A DNA stretch of 63,976 bases, counting the filler, from Craspedostauros australis (Eukaryota): NCBI GenBank assembly GCA_030167865.1. It is 5 parts of 5 records of this genome, joined end to end, with 100 filler letters (N's around TTAATTAATTAA, not from the genome) between each part and the next. Parts side by side here need not be neighbours in the genome. Positions count along the whole stretch, not along the records: positions 42,294 to 63,976 come from JALAGF010006715.1; 4 more parts are not named here. One strand, given 5' to 3'. The position numbers were made by a program, and so were the translations under genes. The first letter of the stretch is position 1. Each line of letters starts with the position of its first letter. This document shows, piece by piece, positions 48,801 through 58,008 of the stretch. Under the pieces are notes generated by a model. It was not told where the DNA came from, ran no database searches, and saw only the letters and a program-made list of their open reading frames with translations.

Positions 48801-50369
48801 ACATTGAGCCACATTGATGGCGATCATGACACTCGTCCTTTGGATGCAATTTACACCTTACAAAAGATGAATGTGCGCATAGAGACGACTGTAGATGAGA
48901 AGATTCGAGCGAGACTTCGGAACACGGCACGCGCAGTCGCTGCAAACAGCCCCCGACTGCAGGAGGGCATGCGCGGGGATCACATCGAGGTAGCTTGCAT
49001 GTGGTGGACGCTCGCAAGTTGTCCTCGCACTTCCGCTATGGTGTTAGGAGGGTGGGATGAAGTGGCATCGGCCACAAAGTCTCGTCCGCTCATCGCGACT
49101 ATGCTACGTATTCCGTATTCGTCCTTGTCGTCAGATACGAAAGGCCTCCCTTTGGTTCGGTGTTCGCATGTGGAGCTGAAAGCCTCCGTGACGAGGTTTC
49201 AACCATCAGCAAGTGTTGACAGCGTGGCAAATACGGGTACGGGAACTCAACCAAGCAGAGACGAACTACAGTACGTAGGAGGGAGGAAATGGCGCGAAGG
49301 CCTCGTGGATCGGGTACCACCAAGGCTGTTGGGGACGCTGCTCCCATCTCCTGCGTTGAGCAACGGGATTCCATTCCAGACTTTGCGGCAAGTGCTCCTT
49401 GATTGCTTCCACAATGGCAACAACAATATCGGCATCGGCAGCGGCAGCACATCGCCGTCACTGGTGAGAGGGATTCGGAATGCGAGATACCTGGGGGTTG
49501 AGTACTGCGAGGCCGTGTGCTTTTGCTACGCGTGCGGAATGCGGTTGTGCACTGTGCCAACCCTTGATGCCTCGCAGGCCAGCGGCGTGACACAAGCGAA
49601 GGAATCTCCTTCGTTTTGGCATCAACCGCTCCCGACGCATCGGCGCTATGAAAACATGCCGGTATCAACATTGACACCTACGCTAGCGCCGACACGAACA
49701 TCGAGCGCGAACGAAAGTGATCCATTCGGTTGGTACGATCGTGCCAGCGTCATTGCAGCCTGCAACCTTCGGTGCTCCTACGGTGGTCACGAAGGGTCCT
49801 ATGGAGTCAAGTGGGATTGCAACGGTGTGTTGGACGACGGGACCGGCCAGACGAAATTGTTCGCAAAGGAAGAAGCTGCGATTGCATTGTTGGGACTGGA
49901 CGACTCCGTGGTGAATCAAATCGAGCTGGCGGCATTCCTTTCACCAGGGGGAAAGATAGCGGTGACGAAGAACAGGCCGCCAACGGAAGGTCTGCGGGCA
50001 GCATTGCACAATATCCCTCCATCTCTGCCGTCGCAGATACGCTCCAACAATCGTGGCGGCAACAGCCGCAATAGGAACGGCGCCAGCGGCACCGTTCCCG
50101 ATCACTTGGCGCATCTCAGCCATGTTCATCGAGGCGAGTATCTGATGCAGTACCAGTGCCGCATATCCATGGTACCGAGGCGGAGGCTGAACTACTGGGT
50201 GAGATGCAGGCATTTAACGAACAGCAAGAACCGTCTGGGGAAGATACCCGTGGGAACATACCATGCCACATCGAATGGACTGATCCAGGAAGGGAAGACC
50301 AAGTCGTTCGTGCTCCCGCGCATCCAGCTGCAATTGGTGGATTGCTCCATGCCGTCGCAGTCTCTTTGA
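45810..50369 (+). CDS. CTC1: CST complex subunit CTC1-like OB-fold protein
   Basis: ~1520-aa single ORF; IRGVVDAVSPI and VYLT..LSLLPGAVVEV OB-fold segments; CxC..C zinc ribbon followed by VKWDCNGVLDDGTGQ, typical of the CTC1/RPA-like C-terminal OB. Confidence 0.65.
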   Translation: MSERSTAAFGARSSTTASNSSSNSDSGDAGSRQVLRGTITHRLDHSAFRRISNASTSTPARTPTFVSTTVPNKECIARKRKHAESAVGPVELGADSIDAQSLQPTSVPEASSRRDRTDRASAAQTILGCAGFIFTPDTSNPSTPQQKHQRQQQQQQQRYYAAQSYVACITHAQSWHVRSAIELHRKICILDWEEFYWRCDLKTISPSVHDDDYDNAMEPESTHISVPVLMIKHLRVDEGTSSVAIPATIPDTWAGNGLVWTLSQFRRKEYLDEYMHKHETAQTANDTPGSPHTVSDREDCSDHDKHCIRGVVDAVSPIFINAEGLPCAIVQLSDEDDANGRSNAHNGRHGVDSSPIVTATCIVVLQGSDAMVNHASILPQQKITITARKTSRKVPRAAGTAAPTIAGIDARINPRSVQTGMPSSIFLVTLASDMRWDASPSTPTDVSKHRTLPIRGTVTRRQLSCQPAPFSITSTRIRWFEIFDESRRQKIVVYLTEFPTSFALQLSLLPGAVVEVWNATSMHPKTPQTKLPIFAATLRTTVSLVQHSRANASRFLQHEGKKCTPSNFLPYHLSHTQQPHLGGILHEQMSRWRDTDGGDAHSTDDTNTGIMRTSPNRILQSRQRPPLTQKEEGPPQCNYKRHGLRCPKRSLGNINININVNDNMKPQPHRLESSAEALAQFWCPSAGCPANCGSPSRTAHHNHNSPGFPVPIDLASIQSTAIALIKESLRSHIFKLESADSTSVSSIRVGWTGSKHIDPSDVVDLGEPDVHRFTKATPLVFAAIRNASATNCAQGSSFVAESAGCRMILHTQPRRGATTSIAQDNVSFVIVEKIIASVLCFGVPGPPSHPQPLQGADRHQKLPFDDSVPGGDCFVLIVEHYIFVLSLQLLEGSSATSEMVKESDTIASCGRAATTTAATTASIAPAEAEAATRAGATTNMYRHDVSCTISECLHTSITLISTEGRVPKSIFGLLVRSHHIAFAPKHPAGQVNMTCVATLSHIDGDHDTRPLDAIYTLQKMNVRIETTVDEKIRARLRNTARAVAANSPRLQEGMRGDHIEVACMWWTLASCPRTSAMVLGGWDEVASATKSRPLIATMLRIPYSSLSSDTKGLPLVRCSHVELKASVTRFQPSASVDSVANTGTGTQPSRDELQYVGGRKWREGLVDRVPPRLLGTLLPSPALSNGIPFQTLRQVLLDCFHNGNNNIGIGSGSTSPSLVRGIRNARYLGVEYCEAVCFCYACGMRLCTVPTLDASQASGVTQAKESPSFWHQPLPTHRRYENMPVSTLTPTLAPTRTSSANESDPFGWYDRASVIAACNLRCSYGGHEGSYGVKWDCNGVLDDGTGQTKLFAKEEAAIALLGLDDSVVNQIELAAFLSPGGKIAVTKNRPPTEGLRAALHNIPPSLPSQIRSNNRGGNSRNRNGASGTVPDHLAHLSHVHRGEYLMQYQCRISMVPRRRLNYWVRCRHLTNSKNRLGKIPVGTYHATSNGLIQEGKTKSFVLPRIQLQLVDCSMPSQSL

Positions 50370-51996
50370 ACACTCTGCATTTCGGAGTGTATGCGCTAAC
50401 TGCTGCGGATGCCAGAGTGATACCTCAATGCTGCTCGACAGTGGAACGGTGGATCAAACATACAGCTTACGCTCGTATTCAAGCACCACCGCAACAGATG
50501 TGGTTGGCGTGCGTTATGCAGGGTAAGCAAACGAAGCCCCAGGGAGGACATCTCATCATTCGATGGGAACAACGCGTGTGACCGGAATCGAAACCCCAAA
50601 GCATGTCCTGGCTGTGTTTTCTTGGGATGTGATTACTTTAGTTTTATGATTAGATTGGCTGAGTTGCAGAGTGTTGACTGTTCACATGGGAGGTGCATCG
50701 ACTGTGTTGACAGAGAGATGCAGTGAGGCCCATCGAATGCGTTGGAACGGATGCGTTCGATTGTCGAAAATTGGGTCTGATAGGATAACGCTTGGTGATC
50801 GAATCAGTTGGATGATTGATATTATTTGTTTGATTGTTGTCGATCCGATGGATGACACATAGGACATGGTCCCACAAAGGACCATGCGTTGAGGTAGGTG
50901 CACATTCTCTGCGCACCGATGATGTGGTCTGATGTGGGCCGAAGTGAGTTTTGGCGCGAAGTGTCTGATTGGTGTTTCTTGTTCAGGCCTGAGTCCCGCA
51001 TGGGATCCAGTCGTGGACTCGTCCGCTCACAATTTGGGATCGGCGGACGATTGCCTTTGGTGCCGACGACCATGGAAGAAAGCTCACGCAATAACGTACA
51101 ACTCCCATTACTCTGGAACAGCAACCATTCCTGGCAGCAGAGCGCACATCAGTTGTTTTGCGCGTTTGGGTGCAAAACATGAAGAGGGATTCTTTGGAAA
51201 CTATTGGTGGACTAACGGACATTGATAGTATTCTATGACACAAACGGACACTAATAGCTCGTTTGGGATACCCTGAAGATACTGTGGATAGCACTATGTT
51301 AGTCTTCATCTCGTAGCGGAATTTCGTTCCGCCCCCAAGTTCTATCCCCCAAATACTGAAAATGGGATTCCGCGACGGACAGTGGAGAACAACTCCGGAG
51401 AAATTCTTGGTTCGTCTCGGCAGACAAAGGCACAAGAAGTACCTGTAATTTATCCAATTCACTCACCCAAGAAGGAAAGCGAACATCACGCTGGTTGCTG
51501 TTGTCGAATGACATGAGTGGTGTCCACCTCTCCTAAATGGAACACTCGCGCAGCGAAGGGAAGCGGCAACCTCATTCTGCCTTTGCCGTTTCTGCGCAGA
51601 CGATGCGGAGCAACACCGGCACAAATCGCGGCACGGCTTTTCACCTCCATTGATGTCTTTGCGGAAAGCGATATCGGCTCCTTGAGGTCGGGGTGGAGAC
51701 TAAGTATTATTCTGACGCATTTTCACGTTGGAATTGGAGCGCGATTCTTGTCCTCTCTGGTGGATGAGAAAGAGAGAAGGGACAACACCAGGCGCTGACA
51801 GGCGACACCACTGGCCGCTTCCTCCGTCTGCCCTGGCGACCTCCAAAGAGGAGGTGGAGTCATGATGACGCGAAGATCCCATTTGTCCATCCTCTGAGCC
51901 ACTCAGATGTTACATCGCTCGCACGAGTAGAACACTCACGGCCACGATAATAGCAACAACAGCAGAGTACCAACACGAGCATCCAACATCAATGGC

Positions 51997-54900
51997 ATGG
52001 CATCTCACCGCTCTTTGAGGATCACTGGAGTACTCCCTATGGCATCAGCGAGGTCCAGTGCTTCCCCAACACCCGCTGCGGCGATGGGATCAACAAGCAA
52101 CATGGCATCTCCTTCCACTTCAGCCACACCACAATGCAGCAGGACATCGCTTCGCCTTCACGACACCGTCTTGACGTCAGGAAATGACTTCTACGATGAT
52201 GGATACAACGAGGTCGAGCTCGACACAGAAGTGCCAAGCTCGCTCTTTGGCAATCGCCGCAGTGGCAGCGATGATGGTAATGATGGTGATGATGGCAGAG
52301 ATGGAATGTTTGGACGTGAGGAGGAGCTGCGAACACTCCATCGCACATTCAAGCAGATGATACACAATTCCAAATCAAAAAGAAATAGGGATAGGAAAGG
52401 GACCACCCAGAAGTCCTCCGCAAATACCACCCTTCCGTCTCAGACATCCATGGATGTGACCACCGATCGATCCTTCGTTCCAGCCGCCTTCGTTTGGGGT
52501 ACCAGTGGCACGGGCAAGTCCAAGCTCGTCGACGTCTTCTGTGACCAGCTGCTCCAAACGACCAATACCCGCAAAGGCAGAGGAGTCCGCGTGCTGAAGG
52601 GCAAATTCCAGGAGCATCAGCAAGGCAATCCCTTCTCCGCCATCACCCAGGCGCTGTCCGATTGGTGCAAGCAGCTGACTCCCTCGCATTCATCACTGAC
52701 GCCCATCAAGGAGGTCGGCAGTGGGGAGAGGTATGAAGAGATGAGCGATGACGATGATGAAGATGTGGATGTGGATGTGGATATGGATGCAGATGGCCAC
52801 CCAACGAAAACAGCAGACGATCATCTCAAGACGGACAAGCAGCACCACCACAGCTCGAGCCACTCATCTGAGCTGCAACGTCTCCGATCCATCATCAGAT
52901 CAAGCAAGCTCACGATGCAACAGAAGGAAGTCCTTGTAGCATTCGTACCGGCGCTATCCATCCTCCTCAGTGACGATGACGACAGCAGCGTCGTTTCCAT
53001 CGCATCCTCCAATGCACGATATTCTCACCTTCCACAGGCATCATCGACAGACACATCATGGAATCAGTTCCAATACACCTTCACTCAGCTCTTGACCCTC
53101 ATCTCATCCAAGNNNNNNNNNNNNNNNNNNNNNNNNNNNNNNNNNNNNNNNNNNNNNNNNNNNNNNNNNNNNNNNNNNNNNNNNNNNNNNNNNNNNNNNN
53201 NNNNNNNNTGGATTGGCACAATCCGACAAGAGATCGATCCGCAGTGTCTGGATGAGGTGATGGAGTTGGATGCTGATCTTCCCTTCATGCGCCTCCTCGA
53301 TGATATGCGGTTGCAGTGTGCACCAGCACCAGCACCATCGGGACCGATGAGGACGATGACGACACCATATACCGACATCCACCTGCAGAACTTCAGCAAA
53401 GAGGCGCTACGCGACTGGGTGTCGCAGCTGTTTGATCAGGACGATGATGTCGTGGATGAAACCACCAAGCTCCTGCACGAACAGACTGCAGGTAACATCT
53501 TCCACACCATCCACCTGCTACAGGACATGGAGCGCACCAAGGCTTTGACATACAGCCGCATCACGTTCCAGTGGGAGATCGATGCTTCCCGGCTCAGTTG
53601 CACTCCAAGCAACAACAACCACAACATCAGTGATGGCATGGGCGGCAGCAGCCACGTCGTAGCCAACGGTGTGGTCCAACTCATCACATCCAGACTACGA
53701 TCTCTGCCTGTTCCATTGCAGAGAGCACTCGTGCTGNNNNNNNNNNNNNNNNNNNNNNNNNNNNNNNNNNNNNNNNNNNNNNNNNNACAGGCATCATCGA
53801 CAGACACATCATGGAATCAGTTCCAATACACCTTCACTCAGCTCTTGACCCTCATCTCATCCAAGTACCACCCGGTGGTGATGGTGATGGATGATTTGCA
53901 ATGGGCGTCACAAGAGTGCATGAATCTCATGTCCACAGCCATGTATCAACCCCACTTCCTATGGATTGGCACAATCCGACAAGAGATCGATCCGCAGTGT
54001 CTGGATGAGGTGATGGAGTTGGATGCTGATCTTCCCTTCATGCGCCTCCTCGATGATATGCGGTTGCAGTGCGCGACAGCATCATCGGGACCGATGAGGA
54101 CGATGACGACACCATATACCGACATTCACCTGCAGAACTTCAGCAAAGAGGCACTACGCGACTGGGTGTCGCAGCTGTTTGATCAGGACGATGATGTCGT
54201 GGATGAAACCACCAAGCTCCTGCACGAACAGACTGCAGGCAACATCTTCCACACCATCCACCTGCTACAGGACATGGAGCGCACCAAGGCTTTGACATAC
54301 AGCCGCATCACATTTCAGTGGGAGATCGATGCTTCCCGGCTCAGTTGCGCTCCAAGCAACAACAATAACACCAGCGATGGCATGGGCGGCAGCAGTCACG
54401 TCGTAGCCAACGGTGTGGTCCAACTCATCACATCCAGACTACGATCTCTGCCTGTTCCATTGCAGAGAGCACTCGTGCTGGCGTCGTACATCCGATCCTC
54501 GTTCGAGCTAGACGTACTACAAGCGGTGTGGGACTACGAAGCGCAGCACAGCTCCACCGGCGGTGGCGTCCTTGCCACTCCTGGAGGCAAAGTCAACGAG
54601 GCGGACGCTGGCAAGCCGCTTGTAGAGTGGTTGGAACAAGCTGTTCTGGAGGGCCTCCTCGCAAACTCCATCGGCGCTGCAAGCTATCGCTTCGCACATG
54701 ACCGCATCCAACAGGTAGCGCGTGATCTCGTGCCGTTCGGAGAGGCGCGCATGAAGCTTCGTCTGCGGATCGGCCAGTGCCTGTGGGAATTCTGCACAAA
54801 CACCACCACCAGCAGTGGTGGCGGTGGCGGTGACTCGCCCAACACAGTCACTGATCGAGGAAGCGACAGTGGCATATTCTTCATCGCAGCCGACCATCTC

Positions 54901-56877
54901 AACTGCGCCCCAACCAAGGATCATCTGACATCGACTCGACGCAACCTGCAAGTCGGCGAGCATGCGCTTCAGATCGCCGCTTTGGCGCCTGCTGCGACGT
55001 ATCTCCAGCTTGCGAACACTGCACTACGCAAGGTGAAAGGTAACCTGTGGCAAGACTACTACGATCTGACGATTCGATTGATGCGTGCTCGATGTGACGT
55101 CGAGCTCTCTCTCAGCCGATTCGACCTGGGATATTCGTTGGGAAACGAGGTGCTTGAGCATGCACGTTCTGCCCACGACAAGCTCCCCACGTACATTGTC
55201 ATGACGAAGGCCCTTGGTAGGCAAGATGACCATGCGGAAGGGTTACAGTTGGCCCAGGAAGGTGCCCAGATCTGTGGCGAGTATCCCAAGCGATGGTTTG
55301 CGTTCCATGGTATATCGCAGCTTCTTTCTGTCAGAGCCTACTTGAAGAGGACAACAGTGAAACAGTTCTTCGAACAAAATCCGATCACCGACAACCCACA
55401 AACATTGCTCCGAATGCACCTATTGGCGGAACTTTGCGTCCGAGCATATTCATGTCAAGACATAATGGCATGGATGGTGGCAGCCATGCGGACGATTCAG
55501 ATGACGAGGCGAGATGGCATCTGCGAGTATTCTGCCGGCGCCTTGATTTCCTTTGCCATGATCCAAGCAGGCTTGGGCAAGTTTGCGGACACACGCAAGT
55601 CCGCCCAACTTGCAAAGGAGATGACACTTAGGGTGGGCCGTGGGACGAGGACAGAGGGATGGATATACTACACCGTCGCCATGTATGTGGATTCGTTCTT
55701 CAAACCATGGAGTGAAGTCTCCCAGGATCTCCAGCATGCTTACACGTCGGCCATGGCAGTTGGCGATGTCGAGCTCAGCGTGCTAACCCAAACCAGCTCT
55801 ATCTTGTTCTCGTTCTTCGATGGGCGCCCCCTCCCCTACGTCGTACCGGCCGCAAGGTCTCTCTTCAAGCACACGGAGATATACAAGGTCGATGCGCTTC
55901 GGGGCACACTCGATGAATTGTTCTTGTTATACAACTGTATGCAAGGCAACATTGAATTGGAATGGGAGACAGTCATGGACGTCAACAAAGATGAACACAC
56001 AAACCCATTCGAACGAACCTCCGCTTATTGGGGTCGCCTCTACATCGCGGTGTACTTTGGCAAGTTCGAATACGCGGAGAAGATGGATCATCTGCTCACG
56101 ACGAACGGCGCCAACGACCACAGCTTTCCTTTTGTGACGACCGTTCCCTTCCTGAGTGGTGTGATGGCTTCTCATCGATACCGACAGACCAAGAAGAAGA
56201 AGTACCTCAAGATGCTACGGCAACGAAGGCGGGAGCTGAAGAACATGTGCGACCAGAAAGGAATCAGTGTGTACTATCTGTACTTGATTCTGCGCGCTGA
56301 ATGGAAGGCCATCAAGGTTGGAGCCACCAGGTCTGCCGTCGTGGACACCTGCTACGACAATGCCATCATGCATGCCAGAGCCGGAAACCATCTTGACTCA
56401 GCAGGACTGGTGAGCGAGCTGGCGGGCAAGCAGCTGCTGAGGAGCAGCGGCGGCAAGGACCCTCGCATCCGTGGCTACTTCACCCAAGCCCTGGGCTTCT
56501 ACGAGAGATGGGGCTCCGTCCCCAAGGCCAAGAGCTTCCGTGAAGAGTACGGTGACTACGTTGATGAAGATCGTGTGCGCAAGATGAAGGTGGACAACAG
56601 CCTCGTCGGGCAAATCAAGTCCATCGATCTTCGCGATCAGTCGCAGGAGCATCACAGTCATACGGGCCACACCCAAGATCTGATGTCACACGGAGCACCA
56701 GGCAATGGACTTGCCCAGTCTGTTTCCGACATCATTTCTAAAGGGCAGGCAAGCAAGGATCCGACGGTGAGGATGGCGAGGGATACCAATGTCAGAAGCA
56801 CGATAGGAAACAACGAATCGGCGGAGAGTGCTGTCGATGATGACGTCATGTCTCAGCTGACAGATTCATCGCAGTAG
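51997..56877 (+). CDS. STAND (SWACOS/AAA_16-like) ATPase with C-terminal helical/TPR repeats, paralog 1
   Basis: FGREEE; Walker A GTSGTGKS; GKF..PFSA; Walker B VMDDLQWA; GNIFH; YRFAHDRIQQ; ERWG. Contains a ~700 bp duplication across N gaps that is likely an assembly artefact. Confidence 0.88.
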   Translation: MASHRSLRITGVLPMASARSSASPTPAAAMGSTSNMASPSTSATPQCSRTSLRLHDTVLTSGNDFYDDGYNEVELDTEVPSSLFGNRRSGSDDGNDGDDGRDGMFGREEELRTLHRTFKQMIHNSKSKRNRDRKGTTQKSSANTTLPSQTSMDVTTDRSFVPAAFVWGTSGTGKSKLVDVFCDQLLQTTNTRKGRGVRVLKGKFQEHQQGNPFSAITQALSDWCKQLTPSHSSLTPIKEVGSGERYEEMSDDDDEDVDVDVDMDADGHPTKTADDHLKTDKQHHHSSSHSSELQRLRSIIRSSKLTMQQKEVLVAFVPALSILLSDDDDSSVVSIASSNARYSHLPQASSTDTSWNQFQYTFTQLLTLISSKXXXXXXXXXXXXXXXXXXXXXXXXXXXXXXXXWIGTIRQEIDPQCLDEVMELDADLPFMRLLDDMRLQCAPAPAPSGPMRTMTTPYTDIHLQNFSKEALRDWVSQLFDQDDDVVDETTKLLHEQTAGNIFHTIHLLQDMERTKALTYSRITFQWEIDASRLSCTPSNNNHNISDGMGGSSHVVANGVVQLITSRLRSLPVPLQRALVLXXXXXXXXXXXXXXXXXQASSTDTSWNQFQYTFTQLLTLISSKYHPVVMVMDDLQWASQECMNLMSTAMYQPHFLWIGTIRQEIDPQCLDEVMELDADLPFMRLLDDMRLQCATASSGPMRTMTTPYTDIHLQNFSKEALRDWVSQLFDQDDDVVDETTKLLHEQTAGNIFHTIHLLQDMERTKALTYSRITFQWEIDASRLSCAPSNNNNTSDGMGGSSHVVANGVVQLITSRLRSLPVPLQRALVLASYIRSSFELDVLQAVWDYEAQHSSTGGGVLATPGGKVNEADAGKPLVEWLEQAVLEGLLANSIGAASYRFAHDRIQQVARDLVPFGEARMKLRLRIGQCLWEFCTNTTTSSGGGGGDSPNTVTDRGSDSGIFFIAADHLNCAPTKDHLTSTRRNLQVGEHALQIAALAPAATYLQLANTALRKVKGNLWQDYYDLTIRLMRARCDVELSLSRFDLGYSLGNEVLEHARSAHDKLPTYIVMTKALGRQDDHAEGLQLAQEGAQICGEYPKRWFAFHGISQLLSVRAYLKRTTVKQFFEQNPITDNPQTLLRMHLLAELCVRAYSCQDIMAWMVAAMRTIQMTRRDGICEYSAGALISFAMIQAGLGKFADTRKSAQLAKEMTLRVGRGTRTEGWIYYTVAMYVDSFFKPWSEVSQDLQHAYTSAMAVGDVELSVLTQTSSILFSFFDGRPLPYVVPAARSLFKHTEIYKVDALRGTLDELFLLYNCMQGNIELEWETVMDVNKDEHTNPFERTSAYWGRLYIAVYFGKFEYAEKMDHLLTTNGANDHSFPFVTTVPFLSGVMASHRYRQTKKKKYLKMLRQRRRELKNMCDQKGISVYYLYLILRAEWKAIKVGATRSAVVDTCYDNAIMHARAGNHLDSAGLVSELAGKQLLRSSGGKDPRIRGYFTQALGFYERWGSVPKAKSFREEYGDYVDEDRVRKMKVDNSLVGQIKSIDLRDQSQEHHSHTGHTQDLMSHGAPGNGLAQSVSDIISKGQASKDPTVRMARDTNVRSTIGNNESAESAVDDDVMSQLTDSSQ

Positions 56878-56911
56878 ACAGAGGAAACGAGTATAATAAT
56901 GAGCTCAATAG

Positions 56912-57100
56912 TCAGGTGCTGTACGAGTCCACTCTATTTTGGTAGTGTTCCATGTCGAGGAATGGAGAGTACCCTCCCCGATCGCGTCGGAGGTGGTTGC
57001 GTGCTTCATGATTTCGCACGTCGACAGTTCCTGCTTTTGTTCTGAACCGGTTGGGTGACTTCATCCTGACCACAAGATACTTTCCACAATGTGGTGGGGG
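56912..57100 (-). mobile_element. Possible second Sola-like relic between the STAND paralogs
   Basis: GKYLVVRMKSPNRFRTKAGTVDVRNHE resembles GRCVMHKTNPRNRFRAKGMTVRSTHE of the 30164-30552 fragment. Confidence 0.3.
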
Positions 57101-58008
57101 TGAAAGAAGGGGACAACGGTCTGATAACGGTGTGGGCACAGTTGTGAATTGTGAGAATTGATTTTCGAAAAGTCTCAAAATGGGTCTGTTTCCTTCACAA
57201 TTTCACAATACCCATCAAATTACTGGACTCATTTTCTGTGCAATTTGGATGTTGATGTGTTTGCGGGACTGCTATGGTGAATTGTGCAAGGTGCGCGCCA
57301 GTCTGGCCAGTGCAGATTAGACGGAGTCATCAATCAGGGAAGCTGCTGTTGGCGTCTTTTATGTATTTGGGCAACACAACCCTTTCGCCACGAGTACCCA
57401 CAGGCACATAAAAAATTTCTGTGGTGGAGCAAAAGCGCAACCAAAGACGGCATCAGCACCACTCTACGGGTATGATTAGTACATAATACGTTGCTCCACT
57501 CGCTAAGCGTTGCTAATCACCCGAGAGGAACACCAGTAACATCAACCGTTGACTGCGATGAACAAAGATGGGATGGAGAGAGATGAGGAACAGCTGGCGA
57601 GGGAAAAGGACACAGGTTTGCTCATTCGCGCGTGGGGAATAGACTCCTCCGCAGAGGCGCATTTTCACGTGCGCGAGTTGCCGCGTGGGAGCTTTCTCAC
57701 TTCTTTCGTATGGTGACTCTCAAAGGGATGACTCTCTCAAAGAGGAAAGAAGTCCATGGCGGGGGTGGAGACCCCACCGACCCTTCCATTGAGCAAGACC
57801 ACATCTCTAGCCACATCTCTAGCCACAACAATAGAAACAGCAACAATCGAGCACCAGGAGCACTCCAAACATCAGCATCTGCGAGAAGCAAGGTGACGAC
57901 AAAGACCAAGGCACCCACGACATTGCATCTCACCGTTCGTCGAAGACCACCGGAGTACTCCCTGGGGCATCAGGGAAGTCCAGTGCTTCTCCAACACTCG
58001 TTGTGACG

